The notes beneath the pieces were generated by a model. That model saw only the letters and a list, made by a program, of their open reading frames with translations. It was not told where the DNA came from and did not search any database. Source: Eledone cirrhosa (lineage: Eukaryota). Taken from it: 64,000 bases of DNA. The translations under genes and the position numbers were made by a program. This document shows, one piece after another, positions 28,580-42,192 of the stretch. The DNA lies in assembly GCA_964016885.1 (NCBI GenBank), contig OZ024743.1, forward strand, positions 110,236,001 to 110,300,000. Reading direction: 5' to 3'. Positions within the stretch are counted from its first letter, which is position 1, and each line of letters opens with the position of its first letter.

Positions 28580-28775
28580 TCTATCTAAGGCGGGTAACAT
28601 TCCCGAGATCCATGGACGAGGTCTCTCCAGCGGTCTCTGTCCCTCATTATCGCTGCCATGTCCTGCCTCTCCAACAGACCAGTGTCTGTCCTTAGGGCAT
28701 CAACATACTTTAACCTTGGTCTTCTTCTTCTAGTGTGTCCATGTAGGGGATCGCAAAGGAGTACTGAGTGCAATG
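28580..28775 (-). mobile_element. RTE-clade LINE 3' fragment
   Basis: LLCDPLHGHTRRRRPRLKYVDALRTDTGL..MRDRDRWR matches the RTE C-terminal pattern. Confidence 0.75.
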
Positions 28776-28794
28776 ATAGATAGATAGATAGATA

Positions 28795-28975
28795 GAAGGA
28801 AGTGTGTTAAGGAACCAGGTGGACAATATAGCATCATAGTACTCGATACTTAGGGTCGTAGAGTGGGTAATAGTAAAAAAGAGTTAGGACCCCGACGGCA
28901 GTGTTCCCCTCGTTTCAGCAGCTAGATCCGAAATGCGTTCAGAACTAGTTGTCTGGCTCCTGAGTATTTTCCTAT
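28795..28975 (-). repeat. repeat family shared with 35680-35955 and 54128-54320
   Basis: shared tacccactctac.accctaagtat.gagtact and gaccccgacggc segments. Confidence 0.75.
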
Positions 28976-29149
28976 AGAGATAGATAGATATATATATATA
29001 CAGATACATGTTTGGTCTTCGATGCCAGAGTTGAATAAACGGATGCCGATTGGTCATCGGCACAGCTTTAATCGCGCTGTTTTATTACAAACGAATCAAA
29101 TATTTTTATTAATTGTTTCCCATACGTACATACGTATGTGTATCTATCT

Positions 29150-29179
<30 letters not shown>

Positions 29180-29188
<9 letters not shown>

Positions 29189-32100
29189 ATGAAATATAAG
29201 AATCAAAGAACTGTTCAAAACATTATTGTGCTTACAGCTGTTTCCTCCAAACCGAGGTTTGGATTCTTCGGAGCAATTTATTAATGCATGGACAGTTATA
29301 TGACCTCCTTTTCAGCCGAGAGACATACCGATACATATTCAAACATTGTGGGTCAACATTCATTACAGAATTTAGCGTGGCAGTACACACTTCGAGATTA
29401 CATTTATATTAAGAGGTACAATCAAAAATCAAAAATACACGTTAAAATACAACATGAAGATAAGTGATTATATAGTGCAAATGTTATATGTGTGGCACGC
29501 ATGTGCGTCTTGTTTATATAGTGTGTTAGAGAGATATGTGTGGTAGAGGCACTTAGGTAGGTAAACAAGAGTGTTAGGTTGGTAGATCTGGTGGCAAATT
29601 CTTTATATGATTGATATAGTCTGTGTGTGGAGAAATGTTATAAGCATTAAAAATAGTGCAAGCATTAAAAGTGTTAAAAGTATTGGAGATGCACAGCGAA
29701 GGGATGTCAAGTAATTCATGTACTTCGGCATTTTCATGGTCAGGGGAGTGTATTTTTCGATTATATGTCCCTCACATAATCCACGACAATCCGATATTGA
29801 GCGTTTGACAATCCAGTTACAGATCGTAGTCTGGTGTTCTTTAGTTCAATACAGGAGGCTGTTACGTTTCGAGAAACGCCATTAAATACCACCCGGAAGT
29901 GTGTGTGTGGCTAAGGGGAGTTAATGCATGCGGGGAGGTAACTCCGGGGTTTCTATACCTAACTATTAAAAAGTGTCACAATATAGACCCTAATTTCTAT
30001 GGTGATGCGCATCCTCCAAGAAAATGTTTTAAAGCATAAAGTGTATTAACTATAGAGTAGTTTAATTAAGTTATACTGAGGTGATCATATTATTATGCTG
30101 GATTAACCCATCGTAAGGTGCCACACATGGAAATTATAGATGATGAGCGAGGATTCTAAATTAATGATCTCTGTGGTTGTAGTCTACTCATAGGACCAGG
30201 CGCGGTGATTGCAGGATTGCTTCAGGACCCAATGATCTCTGGTAAGTTCTGGGTCATCGCTAGCTACATTGGATGTCGAAAGATAATCATCCCCAGGCCG
30301 GCCAGAGGTCAATCCGCAGTCCTCGTGACTCCTCTCTGACCGTCAGATCATCCATATATGTACAACCCGCACGGCAGTTGCAATGCACTCAGTCACTGCG
30401 CTCAGCAGCCTGGTCGTACTGCTCAACAGCGTTACTAGTTTAAATCATTTTTCATCTGTCTAAGGAAGGTGTTTCCTCTGCACAACACTATCCAACCGAT
30501 CAATTCATGCTCAAATTACCCTTAGAGCGGTGTAGTGCCGTTCAAGTGGGTGGATGTTGTCACACCTGACGTAGAGGTATAAATGGGTATTCTCCCTGCG
30601 AAGTGTTCCAGAGGGATGTCGTTGTTTGTGTTATAATAGATCAGTTAGTGTTGGGTATTTAGTATAAGGTGTGTCTCTGGTGTTCGATGCTAGATGTGGT
30701 GTTAGGTTCCAGTCCGACATTGCTATATATTGGGCTTAAAGTTTTGGAAGGAATGTCTGAAGCGGTGCTGGCAAGTTGCAAACACCTCAGATTTTTTGTT
30801 AAGTAGGTTACGGTTGGAGAAGATAATATTGTGTGTCTCTAGTATACAGAGGTTACAAAATTTATTAGGTGGTTTGTACGAGGTCGCGCTGCCTATCACT
30901 TCCCATTTGAGTGTGTATGGTTTATTTTTAGTTTTTAGATAGTGTATGTAGCTAGAAAGTGAGGTGGAGTTTGCTAGGCTGTGCTTTTTGAACGAGTGGA
31001 TGTGCGAATTATATCTGATTTTGAAGCAGTTAGAAGTGGAGCCTACATAGGTTTCTGAAGAGTTGTTAGTCGTGACGGTGCATGAGTATATGATATCCTT
31101 GGTTAGGCATTTTTAATCTAAAGGGCAGGTTCTATTAGCTCTACAGTTACAATTATCCTGTGCGTTAGTCCGCTGGTTATAATGCAGTGCGGAAGTCTGT
31201 GTGGTAGCTATAGGATTTTGGGCGTTCGGGTTGACAACCCTGGTGTTATTACTTATACTAGTCTTATTTCTATTGTTACTGTCGTTGCTATGGTTGCTTG
31301 CTACAGTGGTATTTAGGGGGTTTGCATCCCGTTGTGATTTTGTTTGTTGGAAGTAAGAACTAATTTTACTATTATTGCTGCTAGCTATGTGGTATGCTAA
31401 GTTAGGCGTCGTAGAGTATGAGATTTTAATGGTGTTTTTGTTTAAGAGGTTGTGGTACTTGTGTCCTAGAGGGAAGTTTTTATCTAGTAGTGAGAAGAAA
31501 GTCCTAGGTATGTTGGTGGAGACATTTAGGTTGAAAGGAGGGTTGAAACATGTATTATTTCTTCTTCTATTTCTGCTTTTAGTGTTTGGTGTGTTGCTTC
31601 TTCCTAAGGCCCCACAGTAGTTTCCATGGTAATGGTTACTTCCGGTGGCACCCTCCGCTTTGGTGTACTTGTGGTTGCTATTCCTATTATTAGGTTTCCT
31701 CATGGACATGTTGTGCGAGATGATGTTGTAGCTATCTGTTTTCTTAGGTAGGAACTCAATTTCTATATTATGGCCGGAGCTAGCTAATGCTTGATTGTAA
31801 TATTGTGAGTTTTTGCTAAATATGTTTGCTTCATAGGACAGACTAGAGATTCTATTGGACACCCCCTTAGAGATAGAGTTTAATATTGATCTAGGGTGAT
31901 TAGACTTGGTATCTACGTAAATAAGTTTCTCTTTAGGCTTATGGAAAGGTGTATATATTTTTGAGTCTAGATATAGTGTGGCGTCTAGGAAGTTAACATT
32001 TTTAGTGTTTTTGTCCATGGTGATACTAAGGTTAAAGTTTTTGAATGTCTTCTAGTTCTTTCTATATTAAATTTTTTATATTCTATAAGTAGAAGTGCAT

Positions 32101-32240
32101 CATCGCGGTACAAACCACCGTTGAGGTAAGGGAGGTCCTTATGGATTTCATTGAGAAGGTATAGGCCGACCAAATCAGTGACCTGCGCCGAGTCACTAGA
32201 TCCCATGGTTATGTCGAAGTTGTTGTGCGTATCCTTGCGA
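29180..32240 (-). mobile_element. 5'-truncated Penelope-like element (RT C-half, GIY-YIG, 3' region with HHR)
   Basis: MGSSDSAQVTDLVGLYLL, GGLYRDDAL, VNFLDATL, SNHP, FNPPF, CNCR..CPL, IIYSCTV..YVGST, CNLC..E..LN. Confidence 0.92.
29229..29275 (-). ncRNA. hammerhead ribozyme (U4C core) at the PLE 3' end
   Basis: minus: tgct-CCGAAGA-a tccaaacc tc ggtttgga g-GAAA-cagctg-TA-agca. Confidence 0.75.
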
Positions 32241-33720
32241 TATGGAACGTAAAACGCAAGAATATGGACTATTCTTTAACTTGGGAAATAGTTTCGAAAA
32301 GCACTCGCGTACCAAAACACAGCTTTATCTAGATTTTGCTAATTGTGTGTTGAGGACATTTTTTCATACTTAAATGTAAGAACTCTATTAATATAAGGAC
32401 GATTTTATTTAGTTCTTGTAGACATCGCCTGAATTCAACGTTTAGAACTATATATAATTATAATTACACTTATAATATTTCTACTTATTTCCATAACAAT
32501 CTTTTCCACTTGGTTTTCATATATTGATATCTTTAAATCATATCTATAACATTGGCTATAATTTCACTTCTTAAAGTTTCTTAAAATATATACATATATA
32601 ATTCTAATTTTTTAAATTTTTATTTTTATTTTTATTTTTATTTTTATTTTAATTTTAATTGTAATTTTAATCTTAATAATTTTTAATTCTTTAATTTTAA
32701 TTTCTTTAATTTTTTATCTATTTTTTTTATCTATTTTTAAAAATTACTTATTTTTTTAAAAATTACTTATCTCCTATAAATTATAATTTTTTTTTAATTT
32801 TCCGCATTTGTATTATTTGTTCAATATCTTTTATTAGATTTATAACACTAACTAATTTTTATTTTGATAAAATAGTCTCATACTAATGAATAAATAAACT
32901 AAACTGGAGTTTTTTTCCATATCTTCCCATTTTAAAATATATGATTATAAATATTCTTATTAACTCAGTTAACTTAATTTAATTTAACTTAATATTTACT
33001 TACATTAAATACAAAACTAATATCCCTCATAACTCATTAAAACAATTATCTATAACACGATATACCCATCTATTCATTTATTTATCTATTTATCTATTTA
33101 TCTATTTATCCATTTATCCATTTATTTATTTATTTATTTTCCAAATTCTTCTATCTATTTATTTTTCTATCTACGTATAAAAGTAAATATTATATTAGAA
33201 AATAATTTTAACGACTAATTAATCGTAAATACACGTACCATTGAAAATATTCTCTCAAAGCAACGTTATATGAGTTTTATTCATCCGCTTGTAAATTTAT
33301 TCTCTCTAACTATCTCGTAATATTTTTTTTATTTTTCTCTCTCTCTTTCTCCAGTATGATTTAAATAAACGGTTGTTTTTCAATTATTTACATATTCATT
33401 TGCATATTCACGCATAAGTTTGAATAATCCCTAATATATTTCCACTATCCAGTGAATTTCCAACCGATAAGCTATGATTTTCATGGGTATGTCTCTATTT
33501 ATAAATCAAACTTTGTATTTTATCTGATGAAAGCGTACTAATGTTATTTTGGTTGCCCTTGAAATATAAATAATAAAATAAATATGGTTTTATAAATATA
33601 GTTTCCATTTATTTAATATCATCGAATATTTACTCCAGTAAACAGTTGAGTGCTCTAAATCAGTTATAAACATTTATACTTGTCGGACTTCCAACAAATT
33701 AAATACAACTCCTACTTATA
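32241..33720 (+). mobile_element. 3' end of a second PLE family (GIY-YIG C-terminus, 3' region, HHR)
   Basis: WNVKRKNMDYSLTWEIV...C*LCVE...SINIR..LFSSCRH read across frameshifts; HHR at 33516. Confidence 0.65.
33516..33580 (+). ncRNA. type I hammerhead ribozyme
   Basis: tattttat-CTGATGA-aag..ctt-GAAA-tataaa-TA-ataaaata; 8-bp stem I. Confidence 0.7.
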
Positions 33721-33861
33721 TATATATATTTGTCTCTCTCTCTCTATATATATATATAAACATATATATATACGTATATATATATTGATACATATATATA
33801 TATTTATACATATATATATTTATATATATATGTATAAATATATATATATGTATATATATAT

Positions 33862-33932
<71 letters not shown>

Positions 33933-34043
33933 AGTAGGAGTTGTATTTAATTTGTAAATAATTGTAAATAATTGAAAAACAACTGTTTATTTAGATCACA
34001 CTGGAGAAAGAGAGAGAGAGAAATAAAAAAATAGATTAGATTG

Positions 34044-34092
<49 letters not shown>

Positions 34093-34574
34093 ATGTACAT
34101 TTGTATATATGTATATGTGTGTATATATATGTATATATATATGTGTGTGTAATTATGTATGTGTGCATATATGTATTTGTGTATGTAAGTGTGTGTTTAT
34201 ATATATATGTGTGTGTGTTATTTATGATATGTTGTTGTGTGAAGTTGTATATATGTATTTATGTGTGTGATTATCTGTGTGTGTTCCTTTGTAATTGTGC
34301 GTGCTCCAAGCTCTTACACTTCCAGTTGACACATGTATCTATTTGTAGTTTTGCGTATATAACTGTACTCATGTTTAAATCTATGTGTGTGATGATTCCG
34401 TATCATTTCATATATATGTATGTATGTGTGTGTGTGAGTTCGCCTATGTATGTTTTCGCAGGCTAGTGTATCTCTGCTATATATACATATATATGTATAA
34501 ATGCATGTATGTATATATATATATGTGATATATGTGAGTGTGTATATGTATATGGATAAGTCTGTATATGTTTT

Positions 34575-34605
<31 letters not shown>

Positions 34606-35036
34606 GCATATGCATATTAAATGTCCGTGTGTATGTTTGTGTATACCCGTGTGTATGTCCGTGTGTGTAGTTGTGTATATATATATGTGTGTGTGATTGC
34701 TTGTATGTATGTATACATATATATATATAATATATATATATATTTCCTTTCATCTGAATGTGTGTATGTGTGTGTATATGTATGTACGCATATGTTTTTA
34801 TTTACATTACTTTATATTTATATTTTTTATTTTTATTTATTTATTTATTTATTTTTTTATTCTGTTATTTTTCCAGCTTCACATCCAACTTTAAACAGAT
34901 TTTGAATTTCATTTCATATATTTTATCTATAACATCTCTATCTGACATCCCATCCAGTTGTATATATTATTATCGTCTGTAGTCCAGAAACCATCAGTAA
35001 TGGAATAGTTATATCTTGTGTTGTTCACTCTCTAAT

Positions 35037-35084
<48 letters not shown>

Positions 35085-35093
<9 letters not shown>

Positions 35094-35385
35094 TAAATGG
35101 AAACTATATTTATAAAACCATATTTATTTTATTATATATATTTCAAGGGTACCAACATTTTTTTGTACGGCCTCATCAGATACAGTTGTTTTACAGATAG
35201 TGACATATTCAAAACTATTCAAATAGAACTCAACACGCTAAATTCTAGTTTTGAATATATCACTATCAGTAAAACAACTTGTGTATATTATCTGATGAGG
35301 GCGTATCAAAAATGTTGGTACCCTCGAAATATATGTACTAAAATAAATATGGTTTTATAAAGATAGTTTCCATTTATTAATATTA
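35085..35385. repeat. fold-back palindrome with HHRs at 35125-35183 (-) and 35284-35345 (+)
   Basis: arms 35085-35217 and 35246-35385; CTGATGA-gg(g/c)cgta...gtaccct(c/t)-GAAA-tatat(a/g)-TA; same family as 33516. Confidence 0.85.
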
Positions 35386-35679
35386 TTGCAGAGTACTGTA
35401 GAGTGCTTCTAATCTATTATAAACTAAAGTTGTTGAATAACCAACAAATTAAATATCTTATTGCTTATATATATATATATATATATATATTGTTAAAAGG
35501 AAAAGAAAAGGCTGACAAATTGTTCCCAGTGAAAAATAGTTTAATTAGGAACAAGTAAAAATTAGTAATAAGTACTGGTTAGTATTCAGTTTTAGTTTTA
35601 AATTTTTACCGGTAGCGCATTTGTAATGCTTTTCAAAAATAATTTTGAGATAGAGCGCCCGTGATGTTTGCTCTAATCG

Positions 35680-35897
35680 CTTAGGGTAGTAGAGTGGGTA
35701 ATAGGAAAATAGGAGTCCAGAAATAGCCATAGAAACGGCTTGTGCTCTGCCGTCGGAGTCATATATTTTTCTATATAAATATATATATATATATATTTAT
35801 ATAGGAAAATGTATGACCCCCGACAGCAGAGCTCAAGACATTTCGACGGCTATTTCTGGACTCCTATTTTCCTATTACCCACTCTACTACACTAAGT
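35680..35897. repeat. inverted repeat centred on (AT)n
   Basis: 35680-35775 is the reverse complement of ~35800-35897. Confidence 0.85.
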
Positions 35898-35986
35898 ATT
35901 GAGTACTCAGGTGCGTTATCGTCCATCTGGTTCCTTACCACAACTCCGTCGTTATGTGATTTGAACATAGTTTTGATTATTGTGTA

Positions 35987-36041
<55 letters not shown>

Positions 36042-36044
<3 letters not shown>

Positions 36045-36760
36045 AGATTTGAATGGATACAGTTTAGTTGAAAGGAATTTATTGACACGTGTTTCTATAA
36101 CAGTTACATAACCTAAAACAGCTGCTATCTACAAACTTTTAGTTATGCAGACATTCAATATTTCAATGTTATTATTTACTGTCATTTCATCAGAATAATA
36201 TTACTGAGGACCTATTTAGTTTTTATAGAGAATATTAGGAGGGAGGGGTGAAGTTGTTACAAGAATAGTTGAAGGAGTGGTTTTTCGATAGCAGTGAGAA
36301 TTCTTGGTGGCCGTGAGTAATTAGTTTCCCATCTGTTGTTTTGACATTTTTTATAGAATATATTATTGGTTATTTTTCTAAATCTATAGAAGGATTAGAG
36401 ATAGTAAAGATATGCGTGGTTGGTTTTGTGTTTGCACTTAATTAACATTCAGACTTAAATTTTTCTTTCAAGTGTACGTATCCTTTCACCCACGCATTCA
36501 CACACAAATATATTTGCACACCTCTACAAAATACATATACTCACAATTCACATATTCATACTTACATATATATACACATGCATACACATATATATACACA
36601 CATGTATTCATGTACATACATACGCGGTCATGTGTATACATTTTCATACTCAACTTATCTTTATATACACACGTATAGACACACACATATATACATACAT
36701 ACTCTAGTCCATGTGTACACACATACACATACATACACATCTATATACACAAATATACAT

Positions 36761-36847
<87 letters not shown>

Positions 36848-37395
36848 AGCACTTTAATACATGAATACACTTACATCTAACTATACACATCAAACATATA
36901 TATATATTTACTTATTTATATACATTTTCACATATATATACATACTTATGGACGTTTTTAGACACATTCATTATCGCATATTTGTACCTATTCTCATCAG
37001 CATATCTTTCCATTATTAGTGTGGTAATTTAAGGTTATTAATATATGTTGAGAAGAGATTGTTTTTATATTTTTCTAACTAGATTAAGGTTTATATAGTT
37101 GGGGGATGTCCCTCTTTTATGTAATATTCGGCTTGTAGTGGGAAAAAAGGGTTTTAGTTCTGTGACGGCAGAATAATGTTCGTTCAATTCTGTTATTCAG
37201 CAGTTTCTTCTTGTGTGTGATTATGTAATAAATCTCAAGATTACACAATTTGCAGAAATTTTGGCTCCTGGAAAAGCTTTGGGTTTTAGCTAATTTCTCC
37301 CATTTAGGGTAAACTTTTGATCGCTATCCCTGATCGTCCAAGCTTTTTCTGCTAAAGTTGTTACATTTCTTTGGCTCTGGTGTTTTATTGAGTAA
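36042..37395 (-). mobile_element. 3' end of a third PLE family
   Basis: minus ~37160-37360: [45 protein letters not shown]; HHR at the 3' end. Confidence 0.7.
36079..36198 (-). ncRNA. type I hammerhead ribozyme with long stem II insertion
   Basis: minus: ttatt-CTGATGA-a atgacagt...actgttat a-GAAA-cacgtg-TC-aataa. Confidence 0.8.
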
Positions 37396-37482
37396 GAATG
37401 CCTATACAATCGAGATTGTATATATGTATGTATATTTATGTATATTTATATACAATCGAGAATGTATATATGTATGTATATT

Positions 37483-37596
<114 letters not shown>

Positions 37597-37604
37597 TGTA
37601 TGTA

Positions 37605-37663
<59 letters not shown>

Positions 37664-38299
37664 ATATATATCTACTATATAAATTGGAAGTGGTCGGAAG
37701 TTGTATATTTAAGTAAGTAACTGTAGTCGGATAAACGTCGAAACGGCTTGCTGGAATGCAGCCAAAATATACACAGTTATGTAGAATGAGCCCAGGAGGC
37801 GTTGGGTCGACCCTTAGGGTACAAGCCTCCATGGTTACGGAGAAAATCGATGAAACAGGAATTTCCCATTCAAATTGAACTGAGAGTAATCTGTGAACGC
37901 AGAAGTAAATATTTCAAGAAGCGTTCCAACCGATCGAAATCAGGAAGACGTTATTTTGGTTCGTAAAGATGTTCCCTAGCAATGAACGGAAAAAAGCGAG
38001 GATAATACGTTGTTATGTGGAGCGTGAAGAACAATTTCATGCAAAGACAAGACCAAGTTAATGGAATAAATGGAGTCGTTAGACTAATATTATATTTAAC
38101 ATAACAGAATGATTTCCAGCCCCGGAGTTTAAGAATGATGTAAATAAAATTGAAAACGAAAATGACAGAGGTTATTAAAATAGTAAAGGTAAATAGTGAA
38201 GATTTAGACCAGTACATACGTATGCCCTGACGGACATACACATATACATACGCACACACAAATACATATACACCCCCCCCCCCCCACACACACACACGA

Positions 38300-38744
38300 T
38301 CGCGCGCGTGTATAAACCTTATGCATTTTTACAGTATTTTCACCAAACTTAAGACTTAGGTTACTTATGTACTCCGGATGGTCATGGGCACTTTCATGTT
38401 TACAGATATTGATTATAGGGCCTCCCGGTAGATAACCCCCTTTATCCACTTCCTTGGAGTCGACTGAAGAACTGCAGTGCAATGTTACAAAACGTCATAA
38501 CTTCTGGTGTTGGCAACCGATTTTCACAAAACTTGACACATGGGCTACGTTTGTCCTACAGATGAATGTGAACTCTCAGAATTGGCACACATTGAGTAGG
38601 GGACCCCTGGGAGCAGGAACCCTCTTTTGGAAAAAGCTGATGAATTTGTAAAAGTATAGTTTTCGAAGTAGCACTGAAGTATTGACATAAATGGTATACA
38701 CAATTGCTATTTAATACCCGACCAACGCCGGGTACCTCTGCTAG
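38300..38744 (+). mobile_element. non-autonomous Helitron
   Basis: 3' hairpin tacccg accaacgc cgggta plus CTAG followed by T; 5' boundary approximate. Confidence 0.55.
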
Positions 38745-38866
38745 TCTATATAGAAAGGCTTCTCCGTACGTTTCTTCGGAAACTATGTTTATTACCTTTC
38801 AGAAACTAATTAGTTGGAGTGAAATTTTAGTAAGTATGTTAATTTTTATAATTTTCTTATTTTACG

Positions 38867-38908
<42 letters not shown>

Positions 38909-38959
38909 CTTAGAGTTTAGACTCAATGGGGTCATTTAATTTAATTTTTATATATATAT

Positions 38960-39570
38960 ATGGTGGCTGCCAACTCGTTTTCGAGTACGGCCACTACTTT
39001 ATATCCATATAGGAGAACCCCTACCGATGCACTGAACGAGTGTGACGTTTTAGTCCAGCCAGCGACTTGAAAACTCTGGTACAAACACTATACTTGTGAC
39101 AAATATTGACACATAGTGCTGGGGCCATGGTACCCTGTGACGACAAGTCCAGAGAGATCTCCAGATATAAAGCAATGCCTGTGCCGTGAAGCTTTTATAG
39201 TGAGCAAAGGCACTGCACAAAGCCAGTCCCACTCTCTTAACCAAGATGATATTTACCAAAAAGAAGAACAAGTCAACATCATTGGATACCATCAGAGTTG
39301 CAGGTGTTATATCAGAGTTTTCCTTCTCCTAGAATTCTGCCTTGACAAAGGCTAAGGGGTCATCTCTCCCGGTGATTTTGGATGGCCATTGACTCTTAAG
39401 AGCTCCTTTGCCCTTTGACAGGTCTTGTTTTTAGTCCTGCAGGATGTCCAAAGTCACCCTCCTCACCAAGAAACCTTGGTGGGGTTGCCAGTTTAGTCGC
39501 CAACGACCCGACCATGGGACAGGTTGTACTGAGATACATGTTACCAGTAGCACCAACTGGTGACCTGACA
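38960..39570 (-). mobile_element. ~610-bp non-autonomous LINE-derived element, copy 1
   Basis: near-identical to 39955-40565; 3' stem-loop ctcg aaaa cgag and microsatellite tail. Confidence 0.7.
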
Positions 39571-39795
39571 TAATACATACATATATATACATATACATAC
39601 ACATATATATACATACACATACATACATATATACATATACATACATACACATATACATATATATACACATACATATACATATACATACATATACATATAC
39701 ATATACATACACATATACATACATACATATACACACATATACATACATATACACACATATATATACATACATATATACATATATACATACATACA

Positions 39796-39827
<32 letters not shown>

Positions 39828-39954
39828 CACATACATACATACACACATATATACACACATACATACATATACACATACATACATACATATACACATACAT
39901 ACATATATACATACATACATATACATATACATACATACATACATATATACATAC

Positions 39955-40561
39955 ATGGTGGCTGCCAACTCGTTTTCGAGTACGGCCACTACTTTATATC
40001 CATGTAGGAGAACCCCTACCGATGCGCTGAACGAGTGTGACTTTTTAGTCCAGCCAGCGACTTGAAAACTCTGGTACAAACACTACACTTGTGACAATTA
40101 CTGACACATAGTGCTGGGCCCATGGTACCATGTGACGACAAGTGCAGAGAGATCTCCAGATATAAAGCAATGCCTGTGCCGTGAAGCTTTTATAGTGAGC
40201 AAAGGCACTGCACAAAGCCAGTCCCACTCTCTTAACCAAGATGATATTTACCAAAAAGAAGAACAAGTCAACATCATTGGATACCATCAGGGTTGCAGGT
40301 GTTATATCAGAGTTTTCCTTCTCCTAGAATTCTGCCTTGACAAAGGCTAAGGGGTCATCTCTCCCGGTGATTTTGGATGGCCATTGACTCTTAAGAGCTC
40401 CTTTGCCCTTTGACAGGTTTTGTTTTTAGTCCTGCAGGATGTCCAAAGTCACCCTCCTCACCAAGAAACCTTGGTGGGGTTGCCAGTTTAGTCGCCAACG
40501 ACCCGACCATGGGACAGGTTGTACTGGGATACATGTTACCAGTAGCACCAACTGGTGACCT

Positions 40562-40565
<4 letters not shown>
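39955..40565 (-). mobile_element. ~610-bp non-autonomous LINE-derived element, copy 2, with (TATG)n tail at 39570-39955
   Basis: minus ~40016-40093 encodes HKCSVCTRVFKSLAGLKSHTRSAHR*, a C2H2 finger like RTE ORF C-termini. Confidence 0.7.
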
Positions 40566-40603
<38 letters not shown>

Positions 40604-40633
40604 TATATATATATATGTACATGTGTGTGTGTT

Positions 40634-40674
<41 letters not shown>

Positions 40675-40799
40675 ATCAGATGGTAGCTAAGATGCGTCCA
40701 TAGGCTGTATGCCGGTTGAGCACTCTATGTTCTTACAGAGCAGAGTATGATATAATATAAAACGAAAAATCAGTGATGCATTTCAACTCAATTTATTTT

Positions 40800-40887
40800 G
40801 TGTTACAAATGTTTCGCCGGCGGACAGCTCGGGACACGATCATTGTGGGGACCTGTCTGATTCTGGATCCGCAGGTTCGACGGACAC
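40800..40887 (-). ncRNA. degenerate hammerhead
   Basis: minus: gtgt-CCGTCGA-a cctgcgga...tccgccgg c-GAAA-catttg-TA-acac; core differs from CTGACGA at two positions. Confidence 0.5.
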
Positions 40888-41519
40888 GTCTAATGATTTC
40901 GGAGCAAATTCTCTCACTGGCGTGTTAGCGTCAAAAACATCCTCTTTGCGCGTCCTGTTATTGGCTGCTATTTTTCTACGTCGTCGTAATTCTGATCAAC
41001 TTCGATGAATTACTACTGGGTTTGGTAGTTCACACGTCAGTTCATATATATATTCATATATAAATTAATTACATGTTGAATTCTTACATTTTTCAAGGAT
41101 TTTGTAACTTCATTAATAGCTATCTAACTTTATACAGCATAACTAAACCCGAGGAGTTAATAACCTTACATTTTCGTTTCAGCAGCAATAGCTATCCTGT
41201 TTCCAACACAAGATAATTCATTAGAGTTTTTCTTGAAATTGCTTAAGCTAGTCCACTAAAAAGCGATGTAAGTCTTTATTTGCTAATTAAATGTGTTAAC
41301 TAGCTACTATATTTAAGCCTCGGACAACCGTCGTCTAGACAGCTCTGCAGGTAAATTTGTATTTCTTTTTTAAATATTGTTTTGAATCTTATACGTAAAT
41401 ATTCTACCTAAATAAAATACGGATTCTAACCTATATAAAGCCAATTTGCGCGGATTTATGGCATAATAAATTTGAAAGAAATGTTATTTTGATGCATTTT
41501 ATAATTCCATCATAGACAA

Positions 41520-41526
41520 CTACTTA

Positions 41527-41562
<36 letters not shown>

Positions 41563-41571
41563 CGCCACTAT

Positions 41572-41633
<62 letters not shown>

Positions 41634-42075
41634 TTTCTATTACTTCAAGTACATACTCCGAGCCGACTCTTTCACTCGGTCCATTCTCCCAATTTTCACC
41701 CACCTTTCAACAAATGCTTTGAAGGAAGTTCCTTCTCCATGCTGATTTTCCTTTTCAAGTGAAACCCAAAGAAATTAATCAAGCTTTGCCGAAGAGGAAT
41801 GTGCTCGCCTACAAAATGTTAAATCGCATACACCATACAGCTCAATTTGCCATGATCACGAGACAGATAAAAACAGCTTGCCTTTCTTGACTAAAGTTAG
41901 GTGACGAGACAATCTTCGAAATTGACTCGGCTGCTAACCCACTTCATCCCATAGCAATTGTTCAACATAAACCCACGAGTCAACAATGCCCGGACATTGA
42001 ATGATTGAATGCAAGACGGTTTTACGCCCTGCGCACATCTCACACAGGCCCGACAGACGGCACTTCCATATAAAT
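41520..42075 (-). mobile_element. Tx1/L1-clade LINE 3' fragment with (TAG)n tail
   Basis: minus: CVRCAQG..TVLHSIIQCP...W (CCHC), AVW.MR, LINFFGFHLKRKISME..FVERW; (TAC)n at 41525-41640. Confidence 0.7.
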
Positions 42076-42192
42076 GTTTCTATATTTGGCACAATCAAGC
42101 CATTTGAAGGGAATGCAACCGTTCGATTACATCGTCCACATTGATTTACACATAATTTATTCTATCAAATACGTAAGGATGAAAGGTAAAGC

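Noticed and set aside
39470-39570. HDV-like ribozyme at the 5' end of the LINE-derived element (acc tgtcccat ggt; gtcg ttgg cgac taaa)
   Set aside because: P3- and P4-like hairpins are visible, but I could not build P1 and an adjacent P2 by eye
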